From a virus (Duplodnaviria; Heunggongvirae; Uroviricota; Caudoviricetes): a stretch of DNA of 10,658 nt. A program made the position numbers and the translations under genes. The notes beneath the pieces are model-generated. The model worked only from the letters and a program-made list of their open reading frames with translations, was not told the origin of the DNA and made no database searches. Positions 1-7,727 of the stretch are shown piece by piece. The first letter of the stretch is position 1. Every line of letters starts with the position of its first letter. The stretch is taken from the IMG/VR virus record IMGVR_UViG_3300032265_002746; one strand, 5' to 3'.

Positions 1-378
1 ACCTATTGTTGAATAATATGAATTGTATCCAGAAATAGAATTATTGTAACCACCACTTATTGTTGAATATACTGAATTGCATCCAGAAATACAATTATTC
101 TGTCCACCACCTATTGTTGAATAATATGAATAATATCCAGAAATACTATTACTCTGTCCACCACCAATTGTTGAATATACTGAATTGCATCCAGAAATAC
201 TATTACTACTTCCACCACCTATTATTGAATACTGTGAATTAGTTCCAGTAATACTGTTACCACTTCCACCACCTATTGTTGAGCTATATGAATAATATCC
301 AGAAATAGAATTATTAACACCTCCACCAATTGTTGAATACTGTGAATAACATCCATTAATAGAATTATTACAACCACC
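1..378 (-). repeat. Coding tandem repeat: 7 units of 54 bp (18 aa, STIGGGxxNSISGxxSxY), continuing off the window edge
   Basis: The plus-strand anchor tccag(a/t)aat / tccattaat recurs at 28, 82, 136, 190, 244, 298 and 352, an exact 54-nt period. Unit starts are at 1, 55, 109, 163, 217, 271 and 325. Confidence 0.95.
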
Positions 379-882
379 ACCAATTACACCATTATATGAA
401 TAATTTTGGTTTGAATTTCCACCACCAATTGTTGAAAAATTACAATTTGATGTATTACACACACCACCACCTATAGTTGAACCAAACCCACCTGATTGAC
501 TATTATGACCACCACTTACTGTTGCATATTGACCAGACGCTGAGTTACCATTTCCACCACCAACAGTACTAGAACTACCATTTGCTGTATTATGAGTCCC
601 ACCTCCAACAACTGCATTATCATTTGTTGCACAGTTATAAGTACCTCCTACAGCTGATGAGCAATTAGCACTTGCAATATTATTATTACAATCCCTAATC
701 GTCGAACCAGCACCTGTACCTTGTATCATAACACCACCACCTCCACCTCCTCCATTCATTGCATATGAAGCGGTAGTAGCATAAGATGCTGATGTTGCAT
801 TCGTAGCAGAACCAAATAGACTACCTGTAATACCTGCTGTTACGGTTAAAGATCCTGTTATTGTGGGTGAATATATTACCAT
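1..882 (-). CDS. Partial (3' end outside window) Gly/Ser/Asn-rich repeat fibre/adhesin-like virion protein, >=294 aa, with YadA-head/Hep_Hag-like GGG repeats
   Basis: Not in the ORF track. Manual translation from ATG at 882-880 is open for 294 codons to position 1: MVIYSPTITGSLTVTAGITGSLFGSATNATSASYATTASYAMNGGGGGGGVMIQGTGAGSTIRDCNNNIASANCSSAVGGTYNCATNDNAVVGGGTHNTANGSSSTVGGGNGNSASGQYATVSGGHNSQSGGFGSTIGGGVCNTSNCNFSTIGGGNSNQNYSYNGVIGGGCNNSINGCYSQYSTIGGGVNNSISGYYSYSSTIGGG...STIG. An in-frame upstream TAG (912-910) bounds the start. The fold assignment is by motif resemblance only. Confidence 0.9.
   Translation of the reverse strand, partial: MVIYSPTITGSLTVTAGITGSLFGSATNATSASYATTASYAMNGGGGGGGVMIQGTGAGSTIRDCNNNIASANCSSAVGGTYNCATNDNAVVGGGTHNTANGSSSTVGGGNGNSASGQYATVSGGHNSQSGGFGSTIGGGVCNTSNCNFSTIGGGNSNQNYSYNGVIGGGCNNSINGCYSQYSTIGGGVNNSISGYYSYSSTIGGGSGNSITGTNSQYSIIGGGSSNSISGCNSVYSTIGGGQSNSISGYYSYYSTIGGGQNNCISGCNSVYSTISGGYNNSISGYNSYYSTIG
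379..648 (-). repeat. Degenerate coding tandem repeat: about 6 units of 45 bp (15 aa, S/A-T/V-I/V-GGG-x-x-N-x6)
   Basis: Unit anchors at 379, 424, 469, 514, 559 and 604 (45-nt period), next at 646 (42 nt). Peptides include AVVGGGTHNTANGSS, STVGGGNGNSASGQY, ATVSGGHNSQSGGFG, STIGGGVCNTSNCNF and STIGGGNSNQNYSYN. Confidence 0.85.
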
Positions 883-900
883 TACTGTATTTCTATTTAA

Positions 901-910
901 TATAAATATC
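901..910 (-). promoter_or_regulatory. Candidate phage late promoter element GATATTTATA, 18 nt upstream of the <1..882 ATG
   Basis: Plus strand tataaatatc. Identical 10-mer at 7728-7737 and a 9/10 match at 8981-8990, all in intergenic gaps upstream of minus-strand genes. Function is inferred. Confidence 0.6.
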
Positions 911-919
911 TAAAATTAA

Positions 920-1609
920 TTATAGTCCATATCTTCCTCTGAGAACATTAAAGTTTTGATTTATTTCTGCTACTTTTAATACCCTATTATATAGTACAAA
1001 ATTTGAAATTCTTGCATTTAAAAAATAAAAGTAACTTCCTATGTAATTAGCAGCAATACTTAAAACTGTTCCACTACTTAAACTTAACATTGTACCTGTA
1101 TAAGATGAAACAGAATTTACATAGATTGCAGAAGATGCTCCATTATATATTGCAGTAATATTATACCATGTGTTATTAGTTAAAACGCTTGTAGATATAT
1201 CATTTGCTGTACTACCATTGTAAGAAATAATATGAATTGTATTATTTGAATTTAAGTACATTCCATAATTTGAATTATTTGTTGGATAATTAGTTTTATT
1301 AAAAATATAAGCAAAAGGTGATGGAGTACTAATTATGTAAATCCATAATGAGATTGTCATTATATTTATTACTGGTGGTGTTATAGTACTATATTGATTA
1401 GTACCATTAAAAGTAAAATAACTACTGTTATTATTTACAGAAGTAAAAGTAGGTATGTTTACTAATGTTCCATTATTTAGATTATTACTTAAATCATACC
1501 ATGTAGTTCCACTTCCTGAATAACTTCCTACATTACCAGCATCAAGATTTAATACTAATCCATCAGTAACTATATTTTGTTGTTCATATGAAAATGGTGA
1601 AAAAATCAT
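920..1609 (-). CDS. LamG / concanavalin A-like lectin/glucanase-superfamily (Laminin_G_3-type) virion protein, 229 aa
   Basis: Typical phage LamG pattern: IVTDGLVLNLDAGN..SYSGSGTTWYDLS..NNGTLVN..F..F.FNGTNQY, TISLWIY, WYNITAIYNG...IYVN, F.NARISNFVLYNRVL...EINQNFN..RGRYGL. Its ATG overlaps the upstream stop (TAATG). Confidence 0.88.
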   Translation of the reverse strand: MIFSPFSYEQQNIVTDGLVLNLDAGNVGSYSGSGTTWYDLSNNLNNGTLVNIPTFTSVNNNSSYFTFNGTNQYSTITPPVINIMTISLWIYIISTPSPFAYIFNKTNYPTNNSNYGMYLNSNNTIHIISYNGSTANDISTSVLTNNTWYNITAIYNGASSAIYVNSVSSYTGTMLSLSSGTVLSIAANYIGSYFYFLNARISNFVLYNRVLKVAEINQNFNVLRGRYGL

Positions 1610-4600
1610 TAAGATAAATTTTTAGTATTAACTAAATACAAACTAGCTGTATCAAATGCTACAAATGATAATATATCGTATCCTGTTGTGGTAGTTGGTA
1701 CATAAGATGCACCAGCAGGTTGTTTTACAGTAGAAGGGAATGTTACTGTAGCAGATCCTGTTGTAGCTAGCCTCATATTAATAGTTTGACCAGGTAAAAT
1801 ACTACCGGTTGGATTAATATAAGTATTGCTTCCTGATACTAGTTGTAACGTAAAGAAGTTACCTGTTAATGGGTTAAATGAAGCTGTGTTTGAGGTAATA
1901 ATTAGTGTTGTTACTTGACTCTGTACTGAACCTGTAATAATAGTACTACCTGATATAGTTAATGAACCGGTAATAACAGCTGAACCGCTATATGGAAACC
2001 CAGCTCCTGTTCCTCCACCACCTACACCTCCAATTGATGCTATTGCATAGCCACTTACATTAACAGGGAATACTATAGATGCTGTATTAGCGTTTGTTAG
2101 TGTTATACTTTGAGGTACAATTTGGTTATTACCAGTATCATATGTCTGTATGATAACACTTTGGTAGTTTAAGCCGTGATAGAAATTCCAAGTAGATTGG
2201 TTAGTAAATGATCCAGTTGTATTAGAACCAGATATTATAGTTGTACCTCCACCACCTCCACTAGCGTTAATTGTTACGTTACCTAATCCGTTTGTAGGTG
2301 ATATTGTAACGTTTGTACCTGCTATTATTTGAGTAACACCACCATTTAATGCATAAGAGGCTGTTGTAGCGTAAGATGCCGTGCCTTGTAAAGAGCCTGT
2401 AATACCTTGAGTTACACTAAGTGAACCAGATAACACTGTACTACCAGTTACATATAATGAACCTGTAATTGTATTAGTGCCTATAATTGTTTTTGAACCA
2501 GTTATGAATACGCTTCCGGTTATTGTTTTAGTTCCTATTAACGTATTTGAACCGGTTACAGTTAATGAGCCCGATACTGTTAATCCGTTTGTAAATTTAC
2601 CACTACCTGATACTTGCAGCTTATAAGTACTTTGTATAGTACTAGTTCCTATGTTCAATGCAGCATTAGTTGCATCATACCACATATTAGTGCTAGGACC
2701 TCCTATCGTACCTGTATTACCTCCCCAACTTACGTTACCATTACCATATACATTAAATCTAGCACCTCCTGTTAATGTATAAGCTGTTGGAGAAGCTACT
2801 GTACCTGAAGGTGATACAGTCATAGATGTATCTGATGCTATTGCAGAAATATTATATGATACTGCTGATAATGTGAATGTATCACCTATCTTGAATGTAT
2901 TTGTAAATTGTGTACCAGAACCAGTGATTGTGGTACTAGATAGTGTCATTGTACCAATACCTGTTGTAGGTTGATATATTTGGAATAAAGATGATGTTGT
3001 ATTACCTCCTATGGATACATTACCATTATTGAATACTCTAAATAACTCATTTGATGATGAATTACTTAACTTTAAAGCACTATAAGTAGCAGTTGAATCA
3101 TAACCATAAACTTGAACTTTAGATAAACCATCATCAGTAGTTATTGTACCAAATCTAGCGTTTCCTTTACCTCCACTATCTGCATCCATTGTTAATAATG
3201 CACCAGGAACACCAACAAATTGTATCTGATTTGATGATGCTAACTTCATACCTATACTATTACTATCTAGCATATAACCATAGTTAATAGCACCTAATCC
3301 CTGACCTACTAATATACCGTTATTTGATATTGATAATTGACCACTAATATTAAGACCACCATAGATATAATTACCATAAGCAGGGCTAAGTGTCATTGTT
3401 TGTGTAGCTACACCATTTTGAGCACAATAAAAAGCTAATCCACTATTTTGCGCTGTTATTTGATAACCTGAAATATAACTTGTAACTGGGCTACCATTGT
3501 ATGCACCATTATAAAAGTATATGGTTCCTGTAGAACCATTTTGAGGAGAACCTGTTATAGAACCAAAAGCAAGATTATTATAACCCATACTAATACCAGC
3601 ATTAACTGTTCCTGTATAAGAACCTGTTGAATAAGTAGGGTTAATAGTTAAACCTGCTAGTATCTGATTATTAGCTGTGGCTGTAGAAACAGGAGCAACT
3701 GTTAATGTTGTAGTTGGTGAATAAGTTAATGTAGAAGAACCGCCAAATGCTCCTGAATTATTAAATTGTACTTGTCCATTACTTCCTGCTGCTGGTATAT
3801 AAGAAGCTGTTCCTGCATAAGAACTACTTACTGCATTTAGTACATATGAAGCAGTTGCAGCGTATGAACTAGTAGTAGCTGTAACAGCATTTCCTGTTAT
3901 TGATACTCCAAGATTGTTTGATGCTATCCATTTTGCTGTACTATTATCATATACTAACGCATACTTATCAATACCACTTCCCTCAATTACGTTAACATCT
4001 GATAGACCATCTAATCTCTGTGTTATTACAGAACCTCCACCTCCTGACCCTCCAACCTGTCTGAATAGACCACCAGGTACTATAGAGTAGGAGGTATTAT
4101 CGGTAAAGTTAGCATTGTTTCTTACTATCAAAGCACCGACATAGATAGCATTAGCTGCCGTATTAGGTGCTTCTACAAATGATTCTATGCTTATATTAGC
4201 GATAGCATCGGCCTGTGTAGTATAAGTTGCATTACCGTAGTACACTACTATTGCCTTAGTTACAGAGTTTGGATACCAGAATACACGTTGTATTGACCAT
4301 TGTCTATTTGCACCTCCACCCGGTACTGCTGTCAATACTCCGTTATTAGAATATTGAGTTGGATCTATTGTACCGTATCCGGCACCATTATTTGTATTAT
4401 AAACCCAGTTATTATTACCTGAACCAGATTGATAGTATCTGTATATCTTAGATACTGATGTACCATTATCAGTTACGTAAGCCGGATTATTTGGGTCGGT
4501 TTGATAATTAGCCCCATCAGCAAATGAAGTACCACCCGTCACTATAATACTTCCGGTTGATGAACCGCTCACTGCTAGTATGTGACCAGATAATTTTAAT

Positions 4601-6225
4601 GGTCCGAAAGCAGTTACAAATATATTTGATCTCTGTTTCCATCCATATGCTAAAGAAGGTTGTGTCTTGACACCATTTATTGTTGAGTGGTTTTGGTGTA
4701 GTACAATACCTAATGGTATTAACGTATCAATTTGACCATCATAATAAGGTGTGCCTGAAGAATTTATTTGCCCTGAACTGTTTATAGCTATAAATGTCTG
4801 GTCATAAGAAGCACTTAGAGGTGCTATACTTGATGACAGGTTAGACCAGTTTAAGTATTGAACAGTGGGAAATGGATTATTGGTTAAAGAGGCATTTAGG
4901 TTTACTATTATGCCGCTACCACTAGCTACTTGATAAACAGTAGCTGATTGAGTTGTTATTAGTCCACCATTTAATAAACCTGAATACAAATTACCTTCAA
5001 TCCATCTTAGACGTGTTGTATTAGCGTATCCGCTACCATTTTGACTGAAGTATAAATCATTTGTTGAACCTGATACGTAGATGTATGATGCTGATATACT
5101 TGTATCTATATTTTTAACAACAGGCATAAACTTAAGTGCACCGTTTGTTTCCATATCACCATATACCTTGATTGATGGTGTAGTAGGTGAAGTTGTTGAA
5201 CCAGATATTATAATACTACCTGATAATGTAGTATTTCCGTACAGATTATTATTACCAGCTTGAGTTGTTGATCCTGTTATATTTAATGAACCAGTTATAG
5301 TTTCGGTACCTATTACAGTAACAGAACCTGATGTTGACAAGGATCCAGTTAAAGATTTAGTTCCTATTAAAATATGACTACCAGATACAGTTAATGATCC
5401 TGTTATGGTTTGGTTACCATTAAAATTATTTGAACCTGTGGTTGCAAGTGATGCACTTACAGAAGTAAATATTGGATCTGTTTCTTTGTAGTATGATGCT
5501 GTAGCAACTGTCATTGAACCCGTCTGGTTAGTTAAAATAACTGATGAGCTATTTACTGTTAAACTGCCGGTTACACTAATTGATCCTGTAAATATTTGTG
5601 TATTAGATAAATTATTACCGAATATATTTGATCCACTCGAATAAACAACACTAGCTGTTTCTGTTTGAACTACTATAGTAGCTGCCGTTAGAGTGCCTGT
5701 TACAAGTATATTAGATGCTGTAAAATTAGTTGCATATGATGATGTTGCTGCATAACTAGCTGATGCGACATTACCTCCGTAATAAGATGCTGTACTAGCA
5801 TAACTAGCTGATATAGCATTTGATGCCGTACCTTGTAACGATCCTGTTATACCTCCATATACATTTAATGAACCTGTAACAGTTATTCCACTTCCAGATA
5901 CTAGTAATGAACCTGTAATTACAGCCGAACCACTATAAGGAAACCCAGCTCCTGTTCCACCTCCACTACCTGTTGAAAAAGCTTTCCAATAAGTTGAATT
6001 ATTCCAATCAGTTGAACCAGTAGTTGGTCCAAAGAATCCATAATGTTGTGCTGAAGAAGATGCATATATAATCATCCCATAATTCCACTTATCTGAAGGT
6101 ATGCTACCTGTATCAGATAAAGTACCTATTACATAAGCAGAACCTCTTAATTGGGAGGAATCCACCAAAGCATAATTTGGGTTACTATTTTGTAATATGG
6201 TTGGAAAATATAAAGGTAGAGACAT
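1609..6225 (-). CDS. Large mosaic fibre/appendage protein, 1538 aa (tail or neck fibre; trimeric beta-rich)
   Basis: Long ORF, very G/S/T/N-rich with few charged residues. It carries hexapeptide xxxxG(S/T) repeat blocks, SASYA/TASY blocks, fibre-type motifs (RLDGLSDVNV...LVYDNSTAKW; GSNGQVQFNNSGAFGGS; ITGSGTQFT...GDTF...IASDTSMTV; WNFYHGLN...QTYD...P..I.LTNANT..I.F) and a C-terminal tip-like domain (GNFFTLQL...GQTI...TVTFPSTVKQP...DILSF). It lies in a virion structural module. Confidence 0.82.
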   Translation of the reverse strand: MSLPLYFPTILQNSNPNYALVDSSQLRGSAYVIGTLSDTGSIPSDKWNYGMIIYASSSAQHYGFFGPTTGSTDWNNSTYWKAFSTGSGGGTGAGFPYSGSAVITGSLLVSGSGITVTGSLNVYGGITGSLQGTASNAISASYASTASYYGGNVASASYAATSSYATNFTASNILVTGTLTAATIVVQTETASVVYSSGSNIFGNNLSNTQIFTGSISVTGSLTVNSSSVILTNQTGSMTVATASYYKETDPIFTSVSASLATTGSNNFNGNQTITGSLTVSGSHILIGTKSLTGSLSTSGSVTVIGTETITGSLNITGSTTQAGNNNLYGNTTLSGSIIISGSTTSPTTPSIKVYGDMETNGALKFMPVVKNIDTSISASYIYVSGSTNDLYFSQNGSGYANTTRLRWIEGNLYSGLLNGGLITTQSATVYQVASGSGIIVNLNASLTNNPFPTVQYLNWSNLSSSIAPLSASYDQTFIAINSSGQINSSGTPYYDGQIDTLIPLGIVLHQNHSTINGVKTQPSLAYGWKQRSNIFVTAFGPLKLSGHILAVSGSSTGSIIVTGGTSFADGANYQTDPNNPAYVTDNGTSVSKIYRYYQSGSGNNNWVYNTNNGAGYGTIDPTQYSNNGVLTAVPGGGANRQWSIQRVFWYPNSVTKAIVVYYGNATYTTQADAIANISIESFVEAPNTAANAIYVGALIVRNNANFTDNTSYSIVPGGLFRQVGGSGGGGSVITQRLDGLSDVNVIEGSGIDKYALVYDNSTAKWIASNNLGVSITGNAVTATTSSYAATASYVLNAVSSSYAGTASYIPAAGSNGQVQFNNSGAFGGSSTLTYSPTTTLTVAPVSTATANNQILAGLTINPTYSTGSYTGTVNAGISMGYNNLAFGSITGSPQNGSTGTIYFYNGAYNGSPVTSYISGYQITAQNSGLAFYCAQNGVATQTMTLSPAYGNYIYGGLNISGQLSISNNGILVGQGLGAINYGYMLDSNSIGMKLASSNQIQFVGVPGALLTMDADSGGKGNARFGTITTDDGLSKVQVYGYDSTATYSALKLSNSSSNELFRVFNNGNVSIGGNTTSSLFQIYQPTTGIGTMTLSSTTITGSGTQFTNTFKIGDTFTLSAVSYNISAIASDTSMTVSPSGTVASPTAYTLTGGARFNVYGNGNVSWGGNTGTIGGPSTNMWYDATNAALNIGTSTIQSTYKLQVSGSGKFTNGLTVSGSLTVTGSNTLIGTKTITGSVFITGSKTIIGTNTITGSLYVTGSTVLSGSLSVTQGITGSLQGTASYATTASYALNGGVTQIIAGTNVTISPTNGLGNVTINASGGGGGTTIISGSNTTGSFTNQSTWNFYHGLNYQSVIIQTYDTGNNQIVPQSITLTNANTASIVFPVNVSGYAIASIGGVGGGGTGAGFPYSGSAVITGSLTISGSTIITGSVQSQVTTLIITSNTASFNPLTGNFFTLQLVSGSNTYINPTGSILPGQTINMRLATTGSATVTFPSTVKQPAGASYVPTTTTGYDILSFVAFDTASLYLVNTKNLS
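1994..2013 (-). repeat. Copy 2 of a 20-nt direct repeat within the duplicated peptide GGGTGAGFPYSGSAVITGSL
   Basis: Plus strand ggaaacccagctcctgttcc, identical to 5939-5958. Flanking codons differ only synonymously across the shared peptide. Confidence 0.9.
2389..2586 (-). repeat. Hexapeptide xxxxG(S/T) coding repeat block 2 in the large fibre
   Basis: GLTVSGSLTVTGSNTLIGTKTITGSVFITGSKTIIGTNTITGSLYVTGSTVLSGSLSVTQGITGSL: Gly every 6 residues. Confidence 0.85.
5197..5418 (-). repeat. Hexapeptide xxxxG(S/T/N) coding repeat block 1 in the large fibre
   Basis: GNQTITGSLTVSGSHILIGTKSLTGSLSTSGSVTVIGTETITGSLNITGSTTQAGNNNLYGNTTLSGSIIISGS: Gly every 6 residues, paralogous to the block at 2389-2586. 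Confidence 0.85.
5939..5958 (-). repeat. Copy 1 of the 20-nt direct repeat within GGGTGAGFPYSGSAVITGSL
   Basis: Plus strand ggaaacccagctcctgttcc, identical to 1994-2013. The offset is 3945 nt (1315 codons, in frame). Confidence 0.9.
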
Positions 6226-6229
6226 CTTA

Positions 6230-7687
6230 TTAGTTTATTTGTAGTGTTTGCGTAGATTGGTAAGCTCCAGGCTGTGATGATTGATATACATACATATTTA
6301 TGTTTGGTGTGCCATATGAGCTGCTAACAGCGTAACTGCCTGTACTAAAAGTTCCGGTTACATCTACAGCACCCAGTAATATTGCGTGAGGAGTTGTAAT
6401 GGCACCAAAACTAAATGGATACATAATGTATGTATAGTTTGATGTATTTTGATTAGCTGTAGTACATGGTAATGTCCATGGGAATATAGAAGACGATAAT
6501 AGTGATAAAATAGTACTAGAATTTATTACAGATTGTGCAGTTATATTACTGTTAACTACCGTAGGACTTGCTGCGAAATAGCTCCTATATCTAAAGTTGA
6601 TAGTACTTGAGTTGGTGGTATTTATCGTTCCGTTAGAGCCTGTTACAGCAGCTCTGTATAGAATAGAGGTGGCTGTTAAAGGTGCAGAATAATCAGTGTA
6701 ATTTATAGTATTTATGCCTGTTCCTGAAGGGAGGATGCTACCCGTAAGGTAGCTCCATGTACTACCCCCATTTGTTGAAATTTGTAATTGATACGCGGAA
6801 AGGTCTGAGTAGGTATTATTGCCTTTTACAGTGGCTACTATTGAAGACGATACATTTCCATACTCTCTTATAGTATTTGTCTCTCCAGATAATAAACTTA
6901 TATACGATGGAGTAATGGCAACTGTCGGGGTTATGTAACCTGCCGGAGTAATATTCAATGTAGTCGAAGCAGATGCAGGAGATGATTCTGTTATCGCATA
7001 CAGATAATTTATAGATGAGGTTGCGTTGTTTGCTCCTAATGTTAAAGCGTGGCTGTAGTAAAGTGGAGTAGCTGTAGATGACGTTAATAAAGTATAAGTA
7101 CCAGTATTGTTATATCTCCAGTAAAGTGACGCTGACACTATAGTTGCCCCTAATGAATTTATTGTATAACTAGCTGTTATAGCATTGGTAGTTGTTGGTT
7201 GGTTATATAGGATGGTTGTTGGTGAAGTAAGTGCTACTGTCGGATTTATAGGTTCTTGTGCTATTAAATTAAATACGGATTCAGGAGTTTTCCCTTTAGC
7301 CGGAATAGTTGACCCAGATGCATATCTACCTACTGTCTTGCCTCCAGATAAACTAACTACAATATCATTGTTAAATATTCCGACCCCTACATACCCTGAT
7401 CCACTATAATAGTAAGATAGTTTCGTACTGTCATCTACATATAGAGTAGTAACACTGCCAGTGGGTGGAAATAATATAGATGACGGATATTGTAGTACAC
7501 CTCCACCCCCACCTATTACATAAGAGGCTGTTGTGGCATAAGAAGCTGATATCGCATTAGAAGCTGTTCCTGACAGGCTACCTACAAATGAACCAGACAC
7601 ACCATTACTGTCTACAAGTAGCAACTGTGAGCTTCCTGTCGCTAAAATAAAGGGTATTTCGAGCTGAGAACCGTATATTAAAGGCAA
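6230..7687 (-). CDS. Beta-rich virion appendage/decoration protein of unknown function, 485 aa, TTG start
   Basis: Open frame with an in-frame TAA five codons upstream (7702-7700), so TTG at 7687-7685 is the most upstream plausible start. S/T/Y-rich. It has an N-terminal GSLSGTASNAISASYATTASY-polyG block, FPPTG...LYVDDST..SYYYSGSGYV and VSLSGGKTVGRY.SG.TIPAKGKT motifs of the kind seen in phage virion proteins, and a likely Ig/FN3-like middle region. It ends in tandem TAA TAA, one base before the next ATG. Confidence 0.8.
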   Translation of the reverse strand: MPLIYGSQLEIPFILATGSSQLLLVDSNGVSGSFVGSLSGTASNAISASYATTASYVIGGGGGVLQYPSSILFPPTGSVTTLYVDDSTKLSYYYSGSGYVGVGIFNNDIVVSLSGGKTVGRYASGSTIPAKGKTPESVFNLIAQEPINPTVALTSPTTILYNQPTTTNAITASYTINSLGATIVSASLYWRYNNTGTYTLLTSSTATPLYYSHALTLGANNATSSINYLYAITESSPASASTTLNITPAGYITPTVAITPSYISLLSGETNTIREYGNVSSSIVATVKGNNTYSDLSAYQLQISTNGGSTWSYLTGSILPSGTGINTINYTDYSAPLTATSILYRAAVTGSNGTINTTNSSTINFRYRSYFAASPTVVNSNITAQSVINSSTILSLLSSSIFPWTLPCTTANQNTSNYTYIMYPFSFGAITTPHAILLGAVDVTGTFSTGSYAVSSSYGTPNINMYVYQSSQPGAYQSTQTLQIN

Positions 7688-7727
7688 AGTACTTTTATTT
7701 TAAGTGGTTGTGGGTTAGTATTACCTT

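Noticed and set aside
60-242. Plus-strand 60-aa ORF with repeated NIQKYYY/HHLLLN
   Set aside because: Antisense shadow of the 54-bp coding repeats in the minus-strand gene <1..882.
1-378. Regular repeats resembling a CRISPR array
   Set aside because: Units are contiguous and in frame (54 bp), with no unique spacers and with synonymous-site variation. No cas genes are present.
5081-5263. Plus-strand 60-aa ORF
   Set aside because: Short and fully antisense to the 1538-aa fibre gene, with no recognisable motif.
1-6225. Diversity-generating retroelement (TR/VR pair) in the fibre or lectin genes
   Set aside because: The repeat pairs I found (54-bp units; 1994/5939 copies) differ at synonymous or mixed bases, not specifically at adenines. 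There is no reverse transcriptase in the window. A TR elsewhere in the genome cannot be excluded.
7185-7409. Plus-strand 74-aa ORF
   Set aside because: Antisense shadow inside the 485-aa gene.
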